The notes under the pieces: generated by a model
Database searches by the model: none
What the model saw: only the letters and a program-made list of their open reading frames with translations
Told to the model about the DNA's origin: nothing
Shown here: piece after piece, positions 27,227-37,358 of the stretch
How the letters are laid out: each line of letters starts with the position of its first letter
Position numbering within the stretch: the first letter of the stretch is position 1
Program-made: the position numbers and the translations under genes
Source: Candidatus Hydrogenedentota bacterium
Lineage (GTDB): Bacteria > Hydrogenedentota > Hydrogenedentia > Hydrogenedentales > SLHB01
Length of the DNA: 64,000 nucleotides
Direction: 5' to 3'
Assembly: GCA_016209895.1 (NCBI GenBank)
Contig: JACQVH010000109.1
Span: 8,732-72,731, forward strand

Positions 27227-27916
27227 CTACTCCTCTTTCTTCTTTTCTTTCACGCTCGGCGCTGCGGCCGCGCTCGGCGCCTTTCCTTTGGCGCTCTCAT
27301 CCAGCATGCTCAGGTACTTGGCGGGGTCCTTCTTGAATTGCTTCGGGCAGCCGGGGCAGCAGAAGCGGACCAAGCGATTCCCGCTGACCATGTCCACCGA
27401 CGTTTCCAGCTTCTTCCCGGATACCAGACACGTATCCAGCGGGTAGTCCGCTTTTTGCTTTTCGGTAGCCGCCGCGTCCAGTTTGCTCAGGACTTTCGCC
27501 GGGTCCTTTTTGAACTCCTCGATACAGTCCGAGCAGCAAAACCTTACCAGCCGATTGTTGTAGATGTAGTTGGTTGGCTTTTCGCCCAGCGCTTCTCCGG
27601 AAACCGCGCATGTCGCCAAGGGATAGTAGGGCATCTGTTCCTGTACCATCGCCGCATCGACGTCTTTCAGATACTTCGCCGGTTCGGCTTGGAATTTCGG
27701 TTCGCAACTCTTACAGCAGAATCGAATCTCGCGTCCTTCGTGACTGTAGACTACCGGGTCACCCATCGAACCCAGTTTCTCCCCCGACACCGGACAGGTG
27801 GCCAGCGCAAACACGTCGCCCTCGGACTGTGCCTGCGCAACGGCTATCCCCGAACCCCACCAACCACCTACCAGGACTCCCACCGTCAACGTCAAAAACA
27901 ATCCTCGCGTACGCAT
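27227..27916 (-). CDS. Secreted protein with three tandem YHS/TRASH-like putative metal-binding domains
   Basis: A signal peptide is followed by three repeats of about 65 aa, each of the form YPLxTCxVSGExLG...RLVRFCCxxCxxxFKKDPAKYL, and a Lys-rich C-terminal tail. GGAGAG ribosome-binding site. Confidence 0.55.
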   Translation of the reverse strand: MRTRGLFLTLTVGVLVGGWWGSGIAVAQAQSEGDVFALATCPVSGEKLGSMGDPVVYSHEGREIRFCCKSCEPKFQAEPAKYLKDVDAAMVQEQMPYYPLATCAVSGEALGEKPTNYIYNNRLVRFCCSDCIEEFKKDPAKVLSKLDAAATEKQKADYPLDTCLVSGKKLETSVDMVSGNRLVRFCCPGCPKQFKKDPAKYLSMLDESAKGKAPSAAAAPSVKEKKKEE

Positions 27917-28069
27917 AATGGACTCTCCTTTCACCGTTGCCATTGGTTAGCTGAACATTGCGGGTTTACCAATAAATTCCGCCGAGACCGCGGCCCGTGT
28001 CACCTCCAAAGCGGCTTACGCAGACCACGTTTAGGGCAAGGTTCGTGTTTGCCAGTTCCAAATCGAAGA

Positions 28070-29092
28070 TTAGATGAATCGCTTGAAAAAGGCCACTATC
28101 TCTTCTCTGGCCTCCGCAGTTTCCAGGTGCCCGACATCATATCGCAGCAATTTCCAGCGGTCCGAGGCCCCGAGTCCCGCGTAGACACGTTGGAGTTCCT
28201 TTTCGATAACATCCAGTCCCGCCAGCGGAGTCAAGCCATCCTGTAGGCCCGCCACTGCCAGGTGCGCCCGGGGCGCGATCAGCGCGTTGATGTCGGCGGT
28301 CGTAAAATGTTTCAACAAGCTCGGAACGTAGTAATAGATGCCATGCCGCCCCAGTCCGCCCTCCCGCAACAGCGTATGGAAATCGGTCAGGCAACAGATG
28401 TCCACCGTAACTTTGACCCGCTCGTCCAACGCCGCCAACCACCAGGCCATCGTGCTTCCCATGGAAATACCCAACGTACCCAGTCGCTGTGCGTCCGCCT
28501 CCGGACGTGACGCCAGGTAGTCCAGAGCGCGCAGACTGTCATAGACCATCATGCCCCACATTACCCGGCCCTGCCACAGCATTGCCTTGAACATGTCCAT
28601 CTCAGACGTATGGCTCCGCGCGCCAAAAACCCAATGGTCAATGCAGAGCCCGACCCAGCCCAGATCGGTTAGTACTTTGGCGTAGGGCGGTGTGTAGAGA
28701 TACTCCCGGCCCTCGATGAACTCCTTTTTACCGATCTGGTAGCCGCCCCCGTGAGAGTGATTGAATAAGATGGCCGGAACGCGACCCGCTAACTGTTTTG
28801 GCCGCGCCAAGTACGCCGGTACCGACTCGATACCATTCAGGTCAAGTTCGAGCTTTTCGAGGACGTATCCGTCGCGCTCGGTTTCCTCGACTTTTCGTGT
28901 CCCTATCGGCCGTTCTCGGTCCGGCAAGTCGCCCAACAATTCATACAGCTTTTGCCGCCGTGCGGCCGGATTACGGTCCAACGTTGGGGCCGGCTCCACG
29001 TCTTCTGCGCCCAATAACAGACTGTCGCCCATCACACCTCCACCAGTCAGCAGACCCAGCGCTGACAATATCTCCCGCCGCGTCCATTTCAT
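28070..29092 (-). CDS. Alpha/beta hydrolase (acetyl-xylan-esterase / dienelactone-hydrolase-like) with a Tat signal
   Basis: Tat motif [21 protein letters not shown] GxSxG nucleophile elbow is present (GISMGS), with an HSHGGG oxyanion-type motif. Confidence 0.6.
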   Translation of the reverse strand: MKWTRREILSALGLLTGGGVMGDSLLLGAEDVEPAPTLDRNPAARRQKLYELLGDLPDRERPIGTRKVEETERDGYVLEKLELDLNGIESVPAYLARPKQLAGRVPAILFNHSHGGGYQIGKKEFIEGREYLYTPPYAKVLTDLGWVGLCIDHWVFGARSHTSEMDMFKAMLWQGRVMWGMMVYDSLRALDYLASRPEADAQRLGTLGISMGSTMAWWLAALDERVKVTVDICCLTDFHTLLREGGLGRHGIYYYVPSLLKHFTTADINALIAPRAHLAVAGLQDGLTPLAGLDVIEKELQRVYAGLGASDRWKLLRYDVGHLETAEAREEIVAFFKRFI

Positions 29093-29186
29093 CCCAACTA
29101 CCTCGCCGCCGAAACAAGCCACAAGAAACGATGCCGAAAGTGTTACCTTCGATTACGGACACCCTACCGATCGTATCTCCGGAATA

Positions 29187-29774
29187 CTAAGTGCGTTTGT
29201 CGAGCTTCAACGCCGTGTACTTTTGGCGCGTTAGCATCATATCGTACTCGTAGCGGGCCTTTGCCCCGGGCGGTTGCCGCACCACGGCGTCTACTTCGAA
29301 TCCCGCTCGCAGGAAGGCCCGAAAACTGCGCACGTTGAAATCCATCACACCGGCGCCAAGAATTCGGTCCGCCTGCTCCTGCTCAAAGCCGAAGCGCACG
29401 AGCAGTCGAATCACTTCCGTGCCCAGACCTTGTCCCCACAAATCTTTCTCGCCAATCGCCAAGTCAATTCGTCGGAGGTCCTCTCGCGGATATCGTTCGA
29501 GAATCCGCGGCAGATTCATGCGCTGCAGCCAACACTCTCCGACCGGCTTCTGTTCGAACTCCGCGATGAAACAGTAGGCATTTTGGGAGGTGCTCCGGAA
29601 AATGCTCTGTACGTCTTCCAGCGTCCGCGAAGCCACGCGGTCTCCTTCCGAGTAATGGAGCACTTCCGGGTCGTTCTGCCACGGGAGCAAGATGTACCAG
29701 TCGGCTTCCGTCATGGGCCGCAACGTGACCCGCTTCCCTCGGAGCGTCACATCGTGCGCGTGCAACTCGTTCAT
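29187..29774 (-). CDS. GNAT-family N-acetyltransferase (RimJ/RimL-like)
   Basis: Acetyl-CoA-binding motif (GEKDLWGQGLGTEVIRLLVRFGFE). The start was set at the MNELHAH Met. Confidence 0.6.
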   Translation of the reverse strand: MNELHAHDVTLRGKRVTLRPMTEADWYILLPWQNDPEVLHYSEGDRVASRTLEDVQSIFRSTSQNAYCFIAEFEQKPVGECWLQRMNLPRILERYPREDLRRIDLAIGEKDLWGQGLGTEVIRLLVRFGFEQEQADRILGAGVMDFNVRSFRAFLRAGFEVDAVVRQPPGAKARYEYDMMLTRQKYTALKLDKRT

Positions 29775-29861
29775 AGGAGATTCCCAGGCGGCAAACGACG
29801 AAACGGAATATGGCTGACACCCAGTCGCCAACGACGTCAACACATCACACGGAGGGCATTA

Positions 29862-29948
29862 TGGTGCCGGAGAAGGGACTTGAACCCCCACGGGCTTGCG
29901 CCCACATGGCCCTGAACCATGCGTGTCTGCCAATTTCACCACTCCGGC
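29862..29948 (-). tRNA. tRNA-Leu (anticodon CAG), 87 nt, with a long variable arm and encoded CCA
   Basis: Reverse complement: GCCGGAG-TG-GTGAAATTGGCAGACAC-G-CATGG-TTCAGGG-CCATG-TGGGCGCAAGCCCGT-GGGGGTTCAAGTCCCTT-CTCCGGC-ACCA. The acceptor stem is 7/7 paired and the anticodon stem 5/5, with loop uuCAGgg. Confidence 0.85.
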
Positions 29949-30235
29949 ACCGAAACACGGTACGCTAATCTTAACCGACGCCGAGATAAGGTGTCAATGG
30001 GTAGCATTGACGTGAAGGGCAAATCGGGGAAGGACAAATTACAAAGGACGAATGGATTCAGGCAGCTAACCTTACCTGCCACTTTGCGCTTTGCACCTTG
30101 CACTTTACACTTCATACTTCACACTTCATACTTCTTCACATTTGCCTAACGGCTGTGGCATTGGTTACAATTGGTGTTGACCGCCCGCCTGAGGATTTTG
30201 CCCCTCTTTTCCCGGTAGAAGCGTGGGAGCAACAC

Positions 30236-30961
30236 GTGCCGCAGGAACGAACAGAAGCGATCGTTTTACGGGGTGTGGACTTCAGTGAAACCAGCCGCGT
30301 GGTGACTTTTTTGAGTCCGCACCGCGGCCGGATGGCGTGTCTCGCGGCCGGGGCGAAACGCGCCAAGGCCGGCATGGCCGCGTCATTGGACACGTTCAAT
30401 CGGGTCGAACTGGTGTATTATTGGAAAGATAGCCGGACGATGCAGAAGTTGGGCGAGGTGGCGTTGATTGACGGATATCCCGGAATCAAGAACGATCTCG
30501 CGAAGGCGGTTTACGGGGCGCTGCCGTTAGAATTGGCGTACAAGATCGCGCATGAGAACGAACCGTCGCCGCCGCTTTACGCCACGATGGTGACGGGCCT
30601 CGAGAGCTTTGCGAAGTGGTCCGCCGGACCCGACGTGCACGCCACGTGGCAAGGCTTGCAGTTGCTTTCGGCAGCGGGGTTTGCCCCGGCGCTGGACCAC
30701 TGTGCGAGGTGTGGACGCAAGGTGGACACGCCCACGGGCTTTGCTTTCGATGGCGGAGCGACGTGTTCAAACTGTCCGACGGACCGCCGACTGACGCCCA
30801 CGGGCTTTGCGGCGCTCTTGGCGCTGAGCGGTAGTCGGGAGTTCTGTCCGCCGCTCGAGCAGACCGGCGATATATTTGAACTGTTTTGTGGATTTGCGGC
30901 GCGACAGCTTGATAGCGACCTGCGTAGCGTGCGGGTTATCAGACAAATATACGGCCAGTGA
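30236..30961 (+). CDS. recO: DNA repair protein RecO (GTG start)
   Basis: An N-terminal OB-fold (EAIVLRGVDFSETSRVVTFLS) and a C-terminal Zn-finger (CARCGRK...CSNC) are present. GGGAG ribosome-binding site before the GTG start. Confidence 0.7.
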   Translation: MPQERTEAIVLRGVDFSETSRVVTFLSPHRGRMACLAAGAKRAKAGMAASLDTFNRVELVYYWKDSRTMQKLGEVALIDGYPGIKNDLAKAVYGALPLELAYKIAHENEPSPPLYATMVTGLESFAKWSAGPDVHATWQGLQLLSAAGFAPALDHCARCGRKVDTPTGFAFDGGATCSNCPTDRRLTPTGFAALLALSGSREFCPPLEQTGDIFELFCGFAARQLDSDLRSVRVIRQIYGQ

Positions 30962-31015
30962 GTGGAGAATTGCCGGCGCGATGGTACCGTGTCCGGCGAA
31001 ATTGAATAGGATTTC

Positions 31016-32833
31016 ATGTCAGCACCGAATGAACGTATCCGCACGTTCTGCATCATCGCGCATGTAGACCACGGGAAGTCCACGCTGGCCGACCGGATTC
31101 TGCAAGTCACGGGCGCGGTGGAAGAGCGGAAATTACGCGAGCAGACGCTCGATACCATGGATATCGAGCGGGAGCGCGGCATTACGATCAAGGCCGTCGC
31201 CGTCCGGCTGCACTACCGGGCCGAGAACGGCGGCGACTACGTGCTAAACCTGATTGACACTCCGGGGCACGTGGACTTCTCTTACGAGGTATCGCGCAGC
31301 CTGGCGGCTTGCGAAGGGGCGCTCCTGTTGGTGGACGCCGCGCAAGGCGTAGAAGCGCAGACGCTGGCCAATGCGTACAAGGCCATTGATCAAGACCTCG
31401 AGATTATCCCGGTCATCAATAAGATTGACCTCCCCAGCGCCGACGTTGAATCGGCGCGTCGCCAAATCCACGACTTGGTTGGCCTGAATGCGCAGGAAGC
31501 CATCCTGGCCAGCGCCAAGGAAGGCATCGGCACGCAGACCATTCTCGAAGCCATCATCCGCCGGATACCGCCGCCGAAAGGCGACCGTGAAGCGCCGCTG
31601 CGCGCGCTGATCTTCGACGCCGTGTACGATTCCTATCGCGGCGTAATCGTCTACGTGCGGATTGTGGATGGTCGCGTGACCAAAGGGATGAAGGTTCTGA
31701 TGATGTTCAACGGACTGCGATACGAGGTGGACGAAGTCGGTGTGTTTTCCCCCGAGATTACCGCGACGGACATCCTGGAAGCCGGCGAAGTGGGGTACGT
31801 AATCTGCAACATCAAAACCCTCCGAAGCACCAAGGTCGGGGACACGATTACCGATGCACTAAAGCCGGCGGCGGAGCCGCTGCCCGGTTACGAGGAAGTG
31901 CAGCCCGTCGTATTCTGCGGGATGTATCCGGCGGTCGCGAACGACTATGAGGAGTTGCGCAACGCCCTCGAAAAGCTGCAGCTTAACGACGCCTCATTTC
32001 AGTACCAGGCCGACAAATCCGACGCGTTGGGACTCGGATTCCGGCTCGGATTCCTGGGTCTGCTACACATGGAAATTATCCAGGAGCGGCTCGAACGGGA
32101 ATTCGATTTGACGCTGGTGACCACGGTGCCCAACGTCGCCTATCAGATACGGCTGAAGAGCGGCGAGCGCCTCACCATCGAGAACGCTTCCAAGATGCCG
32201 CCTTCCAACTTGATCGAGGAAGTTGCCGAGCCCTATATCGAGGCCGAGATCATCTGTCCCACCGAATATATGAGCGGCGTCATCGAACTCTGCAAGAAGA
32301 AGCGCGGCGTGCACGTTCGCGTGGATTACATAGACAGCAAGCGATGCCTGGCCATTTACCAGATGCCGCTGGCCGAGATCGTGCTGGATTTCTACGACCG
32401 ACTGAAGTCGTGCACCCGGGGATATGGCTCGCTCGAATATCGGCTGATTGGCTACCGGCCCGGAGAGCTGGTTAAGTTGGATATTCTGCTGAACGGCGAA
32501 GCCGTAGACGCCTTGTCCTCGATTGTCCATCGTGACCGCGCAGAATGGGTGGGCCGCACGCTGGCCTCGAAGTTGCGCACGCTCATCCCACGGCAGCAGT
32601 ACGAGATTGCCATCCAGGCGGCGATCGGCAACCGGATCCTGGTGCGCGAGACCATTAAGGCGCTCCGCAAGAACGTCACGGCGAAATGCTACGGCGGCGA
32701 TATTACGCGCAAGCGCAAACTGCTCGAGAAACAGAAAGAAGGCAAGAAACGGATGAAGCAGATTGGCGCCGTAGAGGTGCCGCAGGAAGCGTTTATGGCG
32801 TTGCTACGCGTCAACGATGGAGCCGAGCGGTAG
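31016..32833 (+). CDS. lepA: Elongation factor 4 (LepA)
   Basis: [29 protein letters not shown]..., with GTPase G1-G4 motifs and a LepA-specific C-terminal domain. Confidence 0.95.
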   Translation: MSAPNERIRTFCIIAHVDHGKSTLADRILQVTGAVEERKLREQTLDTMDIERERGITIKAVAVRLHYRAENGGDYVLNLIDTPGHVDFSYEVSRSLAACEGALLLVDAAQGVEAQTLANAYKAIDQDLEIIPVINKIDLPSADVESARRQIHDLVGLNAQEAILASAKEGIGTQTILEAIIRRIPPPKGDREAPLRALIFDAVYDSYRGVIVYVRIVDGRVTKGMKVLMMFNGLRYEVDEVGVFSPEITATDILEAGEVGYVICNIKTLRSTKVGDTITDALKPAAEPLPGYEEVQPVVFCGMYPAVANDYEELRNALEKLQLNDASFQYQADKSDALGLGFRLGFLGLLHMEIIQERLEREFDLTLVTTVPNVAYQIRLKSGERLTIENASKMPPSNLIEEVAEPYIEAEIICPTEYMSGVIELCKKKRGVHVRVDYIDSKRCLAIYQMPLAEIVLDFYDRLKSCTRGYGSLEYRLIGYRPGELVKLDILLNGEAVDALSSIVHRDRAEWVGRTLASKLRTLIPRQQYEIAIQAAIGNRILVRETIKALRKNVTAKCYGGDITRKRKLLEKQKEGKKRMKQIGAVEVPQEAFMALLRVNDGAER

Positions 32834-32834
32834 C

Positions 32835-34370
32835 ATGCGTAAGCATCCGGTACAGCCGCGCGTGGCCGCCGAGTGGAACCCGTCGCCGGCAGGTATTCTG
32901 CTTGCGCCGTTTCACGCCGTGATCGGGCCATTGACACGCGAGAACGGCATGATGTGGATCAAAATCATCTTGATTGTTTTGGTCCTCCGTTGGGCGATTG
33001 TGGAGCCGTTTTCGATCCCTTCGGGATCAATGGAGCCGACGTTGCACGGCGACGCGCGCTGGTTTCGCGGAGATCATGTCTTCGTCAACAAGTGGATTTA
33101 CGGCCTGCGCTTTCCATTCGAGGGCTCGCGTGTTCCCTTCACAAAAAAGCGCATCTCCTATGCCGGGCGGCGCATCTGGCAAGGCACCGCACCGAAACGC
33201 TGGGACATCGTCGTGTTCAAAGCCGTGCCGGCGAATGCCCCGCATAACACGTTGATCAAACGTATAGTCGGGCTTCCCGGGGAACGCATCCACATTTCCA
33301 ATGGCCGGATTTACGTGAACGGGGCGCCGGCAGAGCCCCCGGCGGAATTACGCAGCGTACTCAATTACAACACACGTTTTGATCCGTCGGACGACGACGT
33401 GCGGAAGCTCATCCTGGAGTGCGCCCGCCGCGGACAGCCGCCGGCCGCGCTGAACCTGCGAAACAACAATGTGCAGCGCTTCGTCCGCGACATTCAACGG
33501 TTGCATCCGCTCGTGAAAGGACGCGTGGTTTCACAGATTCCGGAACAAGAAGCTAAGCGAATTCTCCAGGACATTGATCCGATTACGTGGAACGTAGCCC
33601 GTGATTTCGGGGTTCGGGACGTGAACGAAGCGAATCCTTGTCTCTATGGTGTTCTTCCCGAGGATGAGTATTCGGTCGTGCCGGCGGACCATTATCTCGT
33701 ACTCGGCGACAATAGCGCCTCGAGCGTGGACGGGCGGGTCTTTGGCTGGTTGCCGGGCGAGAACATCGTGGGTCGCGCCTTCTGTGTCTGGTGGCCGCTG
33801 ACCCGCCTCCGCGATTTCACCGGATTCTCCCAAACGTGGTGGGGTCGGCTGTTGCTCTTCGGCATCCCGGCAATGATCGTCCTGTATGAGGTCGTCATTC
33901 GGTTCTTCTGGCGTTCATTGCGCATTCCCCACGATATTGCCGGGGGCGGCATCGCGCGGGGCGAGCACGTCCTTGTCAATCGGATTGTTTTCGGTTTGCG
34001 TTACCCGTTCAGCGCGCGAAGGCTGCTGCCGGGTCGCACGCCGTTGCCGGGCGAGATCGTGCTGTACCGCGTCGTGGCCACAGAGGACGGCGGCCATGAG
34101 TTTAAGATTGGACGAGTCGCTCAGGTCGCACATGACGCTTCCAAACCGGAGAGTGGCGGGAAGAGCAACGAGATTCCCGATGCATATCATATCGTCAACC
34201 TGGTTCCGTGCGGCGACTCGAAGGATTCTCCGCCCGACGTTGTTAACATGGCATCCATTTTCGGGAGCGTGCAGTGGGTATGGCGGCCGCTTCATCGCAT
34301 CCGTCGCATTCCGATTGATGTTTCCGTGGTAGGTAGCAGCGCGCCCACCGAGAAAACAGAATCCGATTAA
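32835..34370 (+). CDS. lepB: Signal peptidase I (S26) with a second, degenerate S26-like repeat
   Basis: Box B (SIPSGSMEPTL) and the Lys box (LIKRIVGLPGERIH) are present, with a GDNSASSVDGR motif. After an extra TM helix, a second copy (GEHVLVNRIVFGLRYPF...GEIVLYRVVA) lacks the Ser nucleophile. Confidence 0.8.
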   Translation: MRKHPVQPRVAAEWNPSPAGILLAPFHAVIGPLTRENGMMWIKIILIVLVLRWAIVEPFSIPSGSMEPTLHGDARWFRGDHVFVNKWIYGLRFPFEGSRVPFTKKRISYAGRRIWQGTAPKRWDIVVFKAVPANAPHNTLIKRIVGLPGERIHISNGRIYVNGAPAEPPAELRSVLNYNTRFDPSDDDVRKLILECARRGQPPAALNLRNNNVQRFVRDIQRLHPLVKGRVVSQIPEQEAKRILQDIDPITWNVARDFGVRDVNEANPCLYGVLPEDEYSVVPADHYLVLGDNSASSVDGRVFGWLPGENIVGRAFCVWWPLTRLRDFTGFSQTWWGRLLLFGIPAMIVLYEVVIRFFWRSLRIPHDIAGGGIARGEHVLVNRIVFGLRYPFSARRLLPGRTPLPGEIVLYRVVATEDGGHEFKIGRVAQVAHDASKPESGGKSNEIPDAYHIVNLVPCGDSKDSPPDVVNMASIFGSVQWVWRPLHRIRRIPIDVSVVGSSAPTEKTESD

Positions 34371-34377
34371 CATCCCC

Positions 34378-35727
34378 ATGGCCAAGAAGAACAAGAAACC
34401 GTCGAAATCTACCAACGTGGCGCGCTCGACCCGGGACTCATCGGCGGGGAAGATCGGGCCTTGGGCGTTGGTTGTCGGCGCGTTGGTCGCCGTGGTCGGC
34501 GGACTTACCCGCGAGAATGGTCTCGAATGGATCAAGAGCATATTCATCGCGGTGGCGCTGGCCCTGGCGATCCGGTGGTCCTTGGCGGAACCGTTCAAGA
34601 TTCCGTCCGATTCCATGAAGCCTACTTTCGAGGGGGATGAGCGCTTCATGCGCGGCGACCGGGTCTTCGTCAACAAATGGATATACGGGCTTCGATTCCC
34701 ATTTAACGGGTCGCGCCTTCCGTTTACGCAGACTCGGGTGTGGTACGCCCAGCATCGCATCTGGCGCGGCGCGTTGCCGCAGCGAGGCGACATCGCGGTC
34801 TTCCGGGCGGTCGGAGAAAAGCCCCGGCATGACATCCTGGTCAAACGCGTCGTCGGCCTGCCGGGCGAGCGCATCCATATCGCCGGCGGCAAGGTTTACG
34901 TGAACGGAGCACCGCTCGACGCACCGAAGTCCATTGCGAACAACTTCTACACGTCCGACGGCGAGTTCGGCGTGTTGCAGGATGACGCCCACGCGGTGGT
35001 GCCGGAGAACTGTTACCTCTTGCTGGGTGACAACAGCCGGGCCAGCAGCGATGGCCGCTTTTTCGGCTGGGTACCGGAAGTACACATCCTGGGTCGCGTT
35101 GCTTGCATTTGGTGGCCGATCAGCCGCTGGCGCGATTTCACCGGTTTCACCAAGACGTGGTGGTGGCGTTCCACGATAGCGTTGTTGAGCGTGTTGCTAG
35201 TAGTACGATTACTATTTGGGCGTTCCTGGCGCGTCCGGTTCGAGACGCTGGGAAACACGCTTCGTCCAGACGAGCACGTGTTTGTGAATCGTTTCATTTA
35301 CGGCCTTCCCCTGCCGTTTACGCGCGTACGCATCCTCCCCGGACGTCGCCCGTGTCGCGGCGAAATCGTGCTCTATCATAGCCCCGGCGGCGAGGGTCAC
35401 TTGAGCCTCGGACGCGTCGCGGGTTTACCCAAAGAGCAGGTGTATCTGGATGAAGGCAGATTGACCGTGGACGGCGCCGCCGTGACCGACCCGCCTTCTC
35501 TGGCGCAAGGTGTCTTCACTTCGGGTGACGGAGTGGGGCCCTTCGGGAGATCGAAAGGCAAAGAGTTTTCACTGGTACCGGAAGATCATTACTTCATTCT
35601 ATGCGATACGGTGCAAGACGGCGAAGACAGCCGCAGCCTGGGTTGGATTCCACACCGGAACCTCGTCGGCCCGGTAAGGGCCGTCTGGTGGCCGCCACGT
35701 CGCTGGCGGCGGGTGAGAATAGGCTGA
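34378..35727 (+). CDS. lepB: Signal peptidase I paralog with the same duplicated architecture
   Basis: KIPSDSMKPTF, VKRVVGLPGERIH and GDNSRASSDGR motifs are present. The second, degenerate repeat is DEHVFVNRFIYGLPLPF...GEIVLYHSPG. Confidence 0.8.
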   Translation: MAKKNKKPSKSTNVARSTRDSSAGKIGPWALVVGALVAVVGGLTRENGLEWIKSIFIAVALALAIRWSLAEPFKIPSDSMKPTFEGDERFMRGDRVFVNKWIYGLRFPFNGSRLPFTQTRVWYAQHRIWRGALPQRGDIAVFRAVGEKPRHDILVKRVVGLPGERIHIAGGKVYVNGAPLDAPKSIANNFYTSDGEFGVLQDDAHAVVPENCYLLLGDNSRASSDGRFFGWVPEVHILGRVACIWWPISRWRDFTGFTKTWWWRSTIALLSVLLVVRLLFGRSWRVRFETLGNTLRPDEHVFVNRFIYGLPLPFTRVRILPGRRPCRGEIVLYHSPGGEGHLSLGRVAGLPKEQVYLDEGRLTVDGAAVTDPPSLAQGVFTSGDGVGPFGRSKGKEFSLVPEDHYFILCDTVQDGEDSRSLGWIPHRNLVGPVRAVWWPPRRWRRVRIG

Positions 35728-35838
35728 AAGCTGAAGGCTGTAGGCTGAAGACTATCGGCTCGAGGGGCGGTGCCGTCCGTCCTTAGTTTAGGAGTGCGTA
35801 GTGCGCGACACTGCGAAGTTATGCCAAGTTCGTAGACT

Positions 35839-36954
35839 ATGATGCAGTCAGTTGGTATTTACATTCACATTCCGTATTGCCGGACGATCTGCCCGTATTG
35901 TGATTTTGTGCGGCGAGGCATTCCCGGCGAAGTCCCAGAAGTCTTCATCGAAGCCCTTTGCAGGGAAATCACGGCGTTCGAGGGTCCGGACCGTGCGGAG
36001 TCGGTCTTTTTCGGCGGCGGCACGCCATCGCTGCTTGCGCCGTCCGCGCTGAGAGTAGTGATGGAAGCGCTTCGTCAACGATTTCAAATAAACAGTCCTG
36101 AAATCACGCTCGAAGCGAATCCCGACGACGTGACGCCGGAACTGGCCGACACCTGGCAAGACCTCGGTGTCAATCGGATGAGTCTCGGCGTCCAGAGTTT
36201 TGACGATGATACGCTGCGGTACCTGGGTCGCCGGCACGACGACGCTGTGGCGCGCCGCGCCTGCGAAGTGGTGCGCGAACGATTCGCCAATTGGTCCATG
36301 GACCTGATTTTCGGTGCGCCGCCAGTGGAATCCTGGGTGGACACGCTGGAGACCTGTCGCAGGTTCAACCCGCTGCACGTATCGGCCTACGGCCTGACCT
36401 ATGAGGATCGCACGCCGTTTGCCCGCCGTAAAGACGAATCGGTAGACGATGAGACCTATTTGCGCCTATTCTGGCAAACGGAAGAAGTTCTGTCGGAATT
36501 CGTGCACTACGAGGTCTCAAATCTTGCCCGGCCCGGATACGCCTGCCGTCACAACCTGATTTATTGGCAGAATCTCGAATACGCGGGTTTTGGTCCGGCC
36601 GCATACTCCTTTCTGGACGGCGTGCGCTCACGCAACCTGGTCAACACGGACGCCTACTTGCGAAATCCGGGAGCGAAAGCGGAAGCGCTCCGGCTGAGCG
36701 ACGAGGAAATCCGCGTAGAAACGGTCATTCAACACCTGCGCCTCCGCGATGGCCTGTTTTTGGAGGACTACGCGCAACGCTTCGGCCGGAGCGTCTACGC
36801 GGATTTTAGCGCGGAGACCGCCGAACTGGTTGAACGTGGGCTCGTCGAAGAACATGTGGGCGCGCTCCGCCCAACGCGCAGAGGTTTTGAAATGAACAAC
36901 GAAATCGGCCTCGCCCTCGTGCATCCACAGCGAGTCAGCGCCGCGAAACGTTGA
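35839..36954 (+). CDS. hemW: Radical SAM haem chaperone HemW (HemN-like, oxygen-independent coproporphyrinogen oxidase family)
   Basis: YIHIPYCRTICPYCDF cluster motif and a GGGTPS motif. It occupies the conserved position downstream of lepA/lepB. Confidence 0.85.
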   Translation: MMQSVGIYIHIPYCRTICPYCDFVRRGIPGEVPEVFIEALCREITAFEGPDRAESVFFGGGTPSLLAPSALRVVMEALRQRFQINSPEITLEANPDDVTPELADTWQDLGVNRMSLGVQSFDDDTLRYLGRRHDDAVARRACEVVRERFANWSMDLIFGAPPVESWVDTLETCRRFNPLHVSAYGLTYEDRTPFARRKDESVDDETYLRLFWQTEEVLSEFVHYEVSNLARPGYACRHNLIYWQNLEYAGFGPAAYSFLDGVRSRNLVNTDAYLRNPGAKAEALRLSDEEIRVETVIQHLRLRDGLFLEDYAQRFGRSVYADFSAETAELVERGLVEEHVGALRPTRRGFEMNNEIGLALVHPQRVSAAKR

Positions 36955-36967
36955 AAAAGGGGCTCTG

Positions 36968-37357
36968 TTAGGAGGTCGGCTGCTCCTGCGCGGGGAGATG
37001 GCGTTGGATTTGGGCGACGAGTTCGGCAGAGGTAAAAGGTTTCAGCACCAGGGTCACCGCGCCGACCTGTAGGCTTCGTGCGCGGGCGTCGGCGGTATGC
37101 GCGGAGGACAGACAGACGACGGGGATGCCTTTGGTGTTGGGGTTCGTCTTGAGTTGCTCGCAGACCTCGTACCCGCTCATCATGGGCATCATGATGTCGA
37201 GCAGGATCAGGTCCGGTCGTTCGGTCTCGGCAAGGTCCAGCGCGCTGATGCCGTCATAGGCGCTGAGTACCTCGAACTGCTCGGCGGTCAAGGCGCGTTC
37301 GATGAGAGTAACTACATCCGGCTCGTCGTCCACCACCAGAATCCTAGACTTGGGCAC
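36968..37357 (-). CDS. Single-domain response regulator (CheY-like receiver), GTG start
   Basis: ILVVDDEPDVV...DLILLDIMMPMMSGYEV...LKPF. The phospho-acceptor Asp context is conserved. The GTG start is preceded by GGGGAGGA. Confidence 0.7.
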   Translation of the reverse strand: MPKSRILVVDDEPDVVTLIERALTAEQFEVLSAYDGISALDLAETERPDLILLDIMMPMMSGYEVCEQLKTNPNTKGIPVVCLSSAHTADARARSLQVGAVTLVLKPFTSAELVAQIQRHLPAQEQPTS

Positions 37358-37358
37358 G

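Noticed and set aside
27191-28246. 351-aa plus-strand ORF
   Set aside because: It is antisense to both the triple-YHS gene and the alpha/beta hydrolase gene. It is Arg-rich, has no ribosome-binding site, and crosses an intergenic region.
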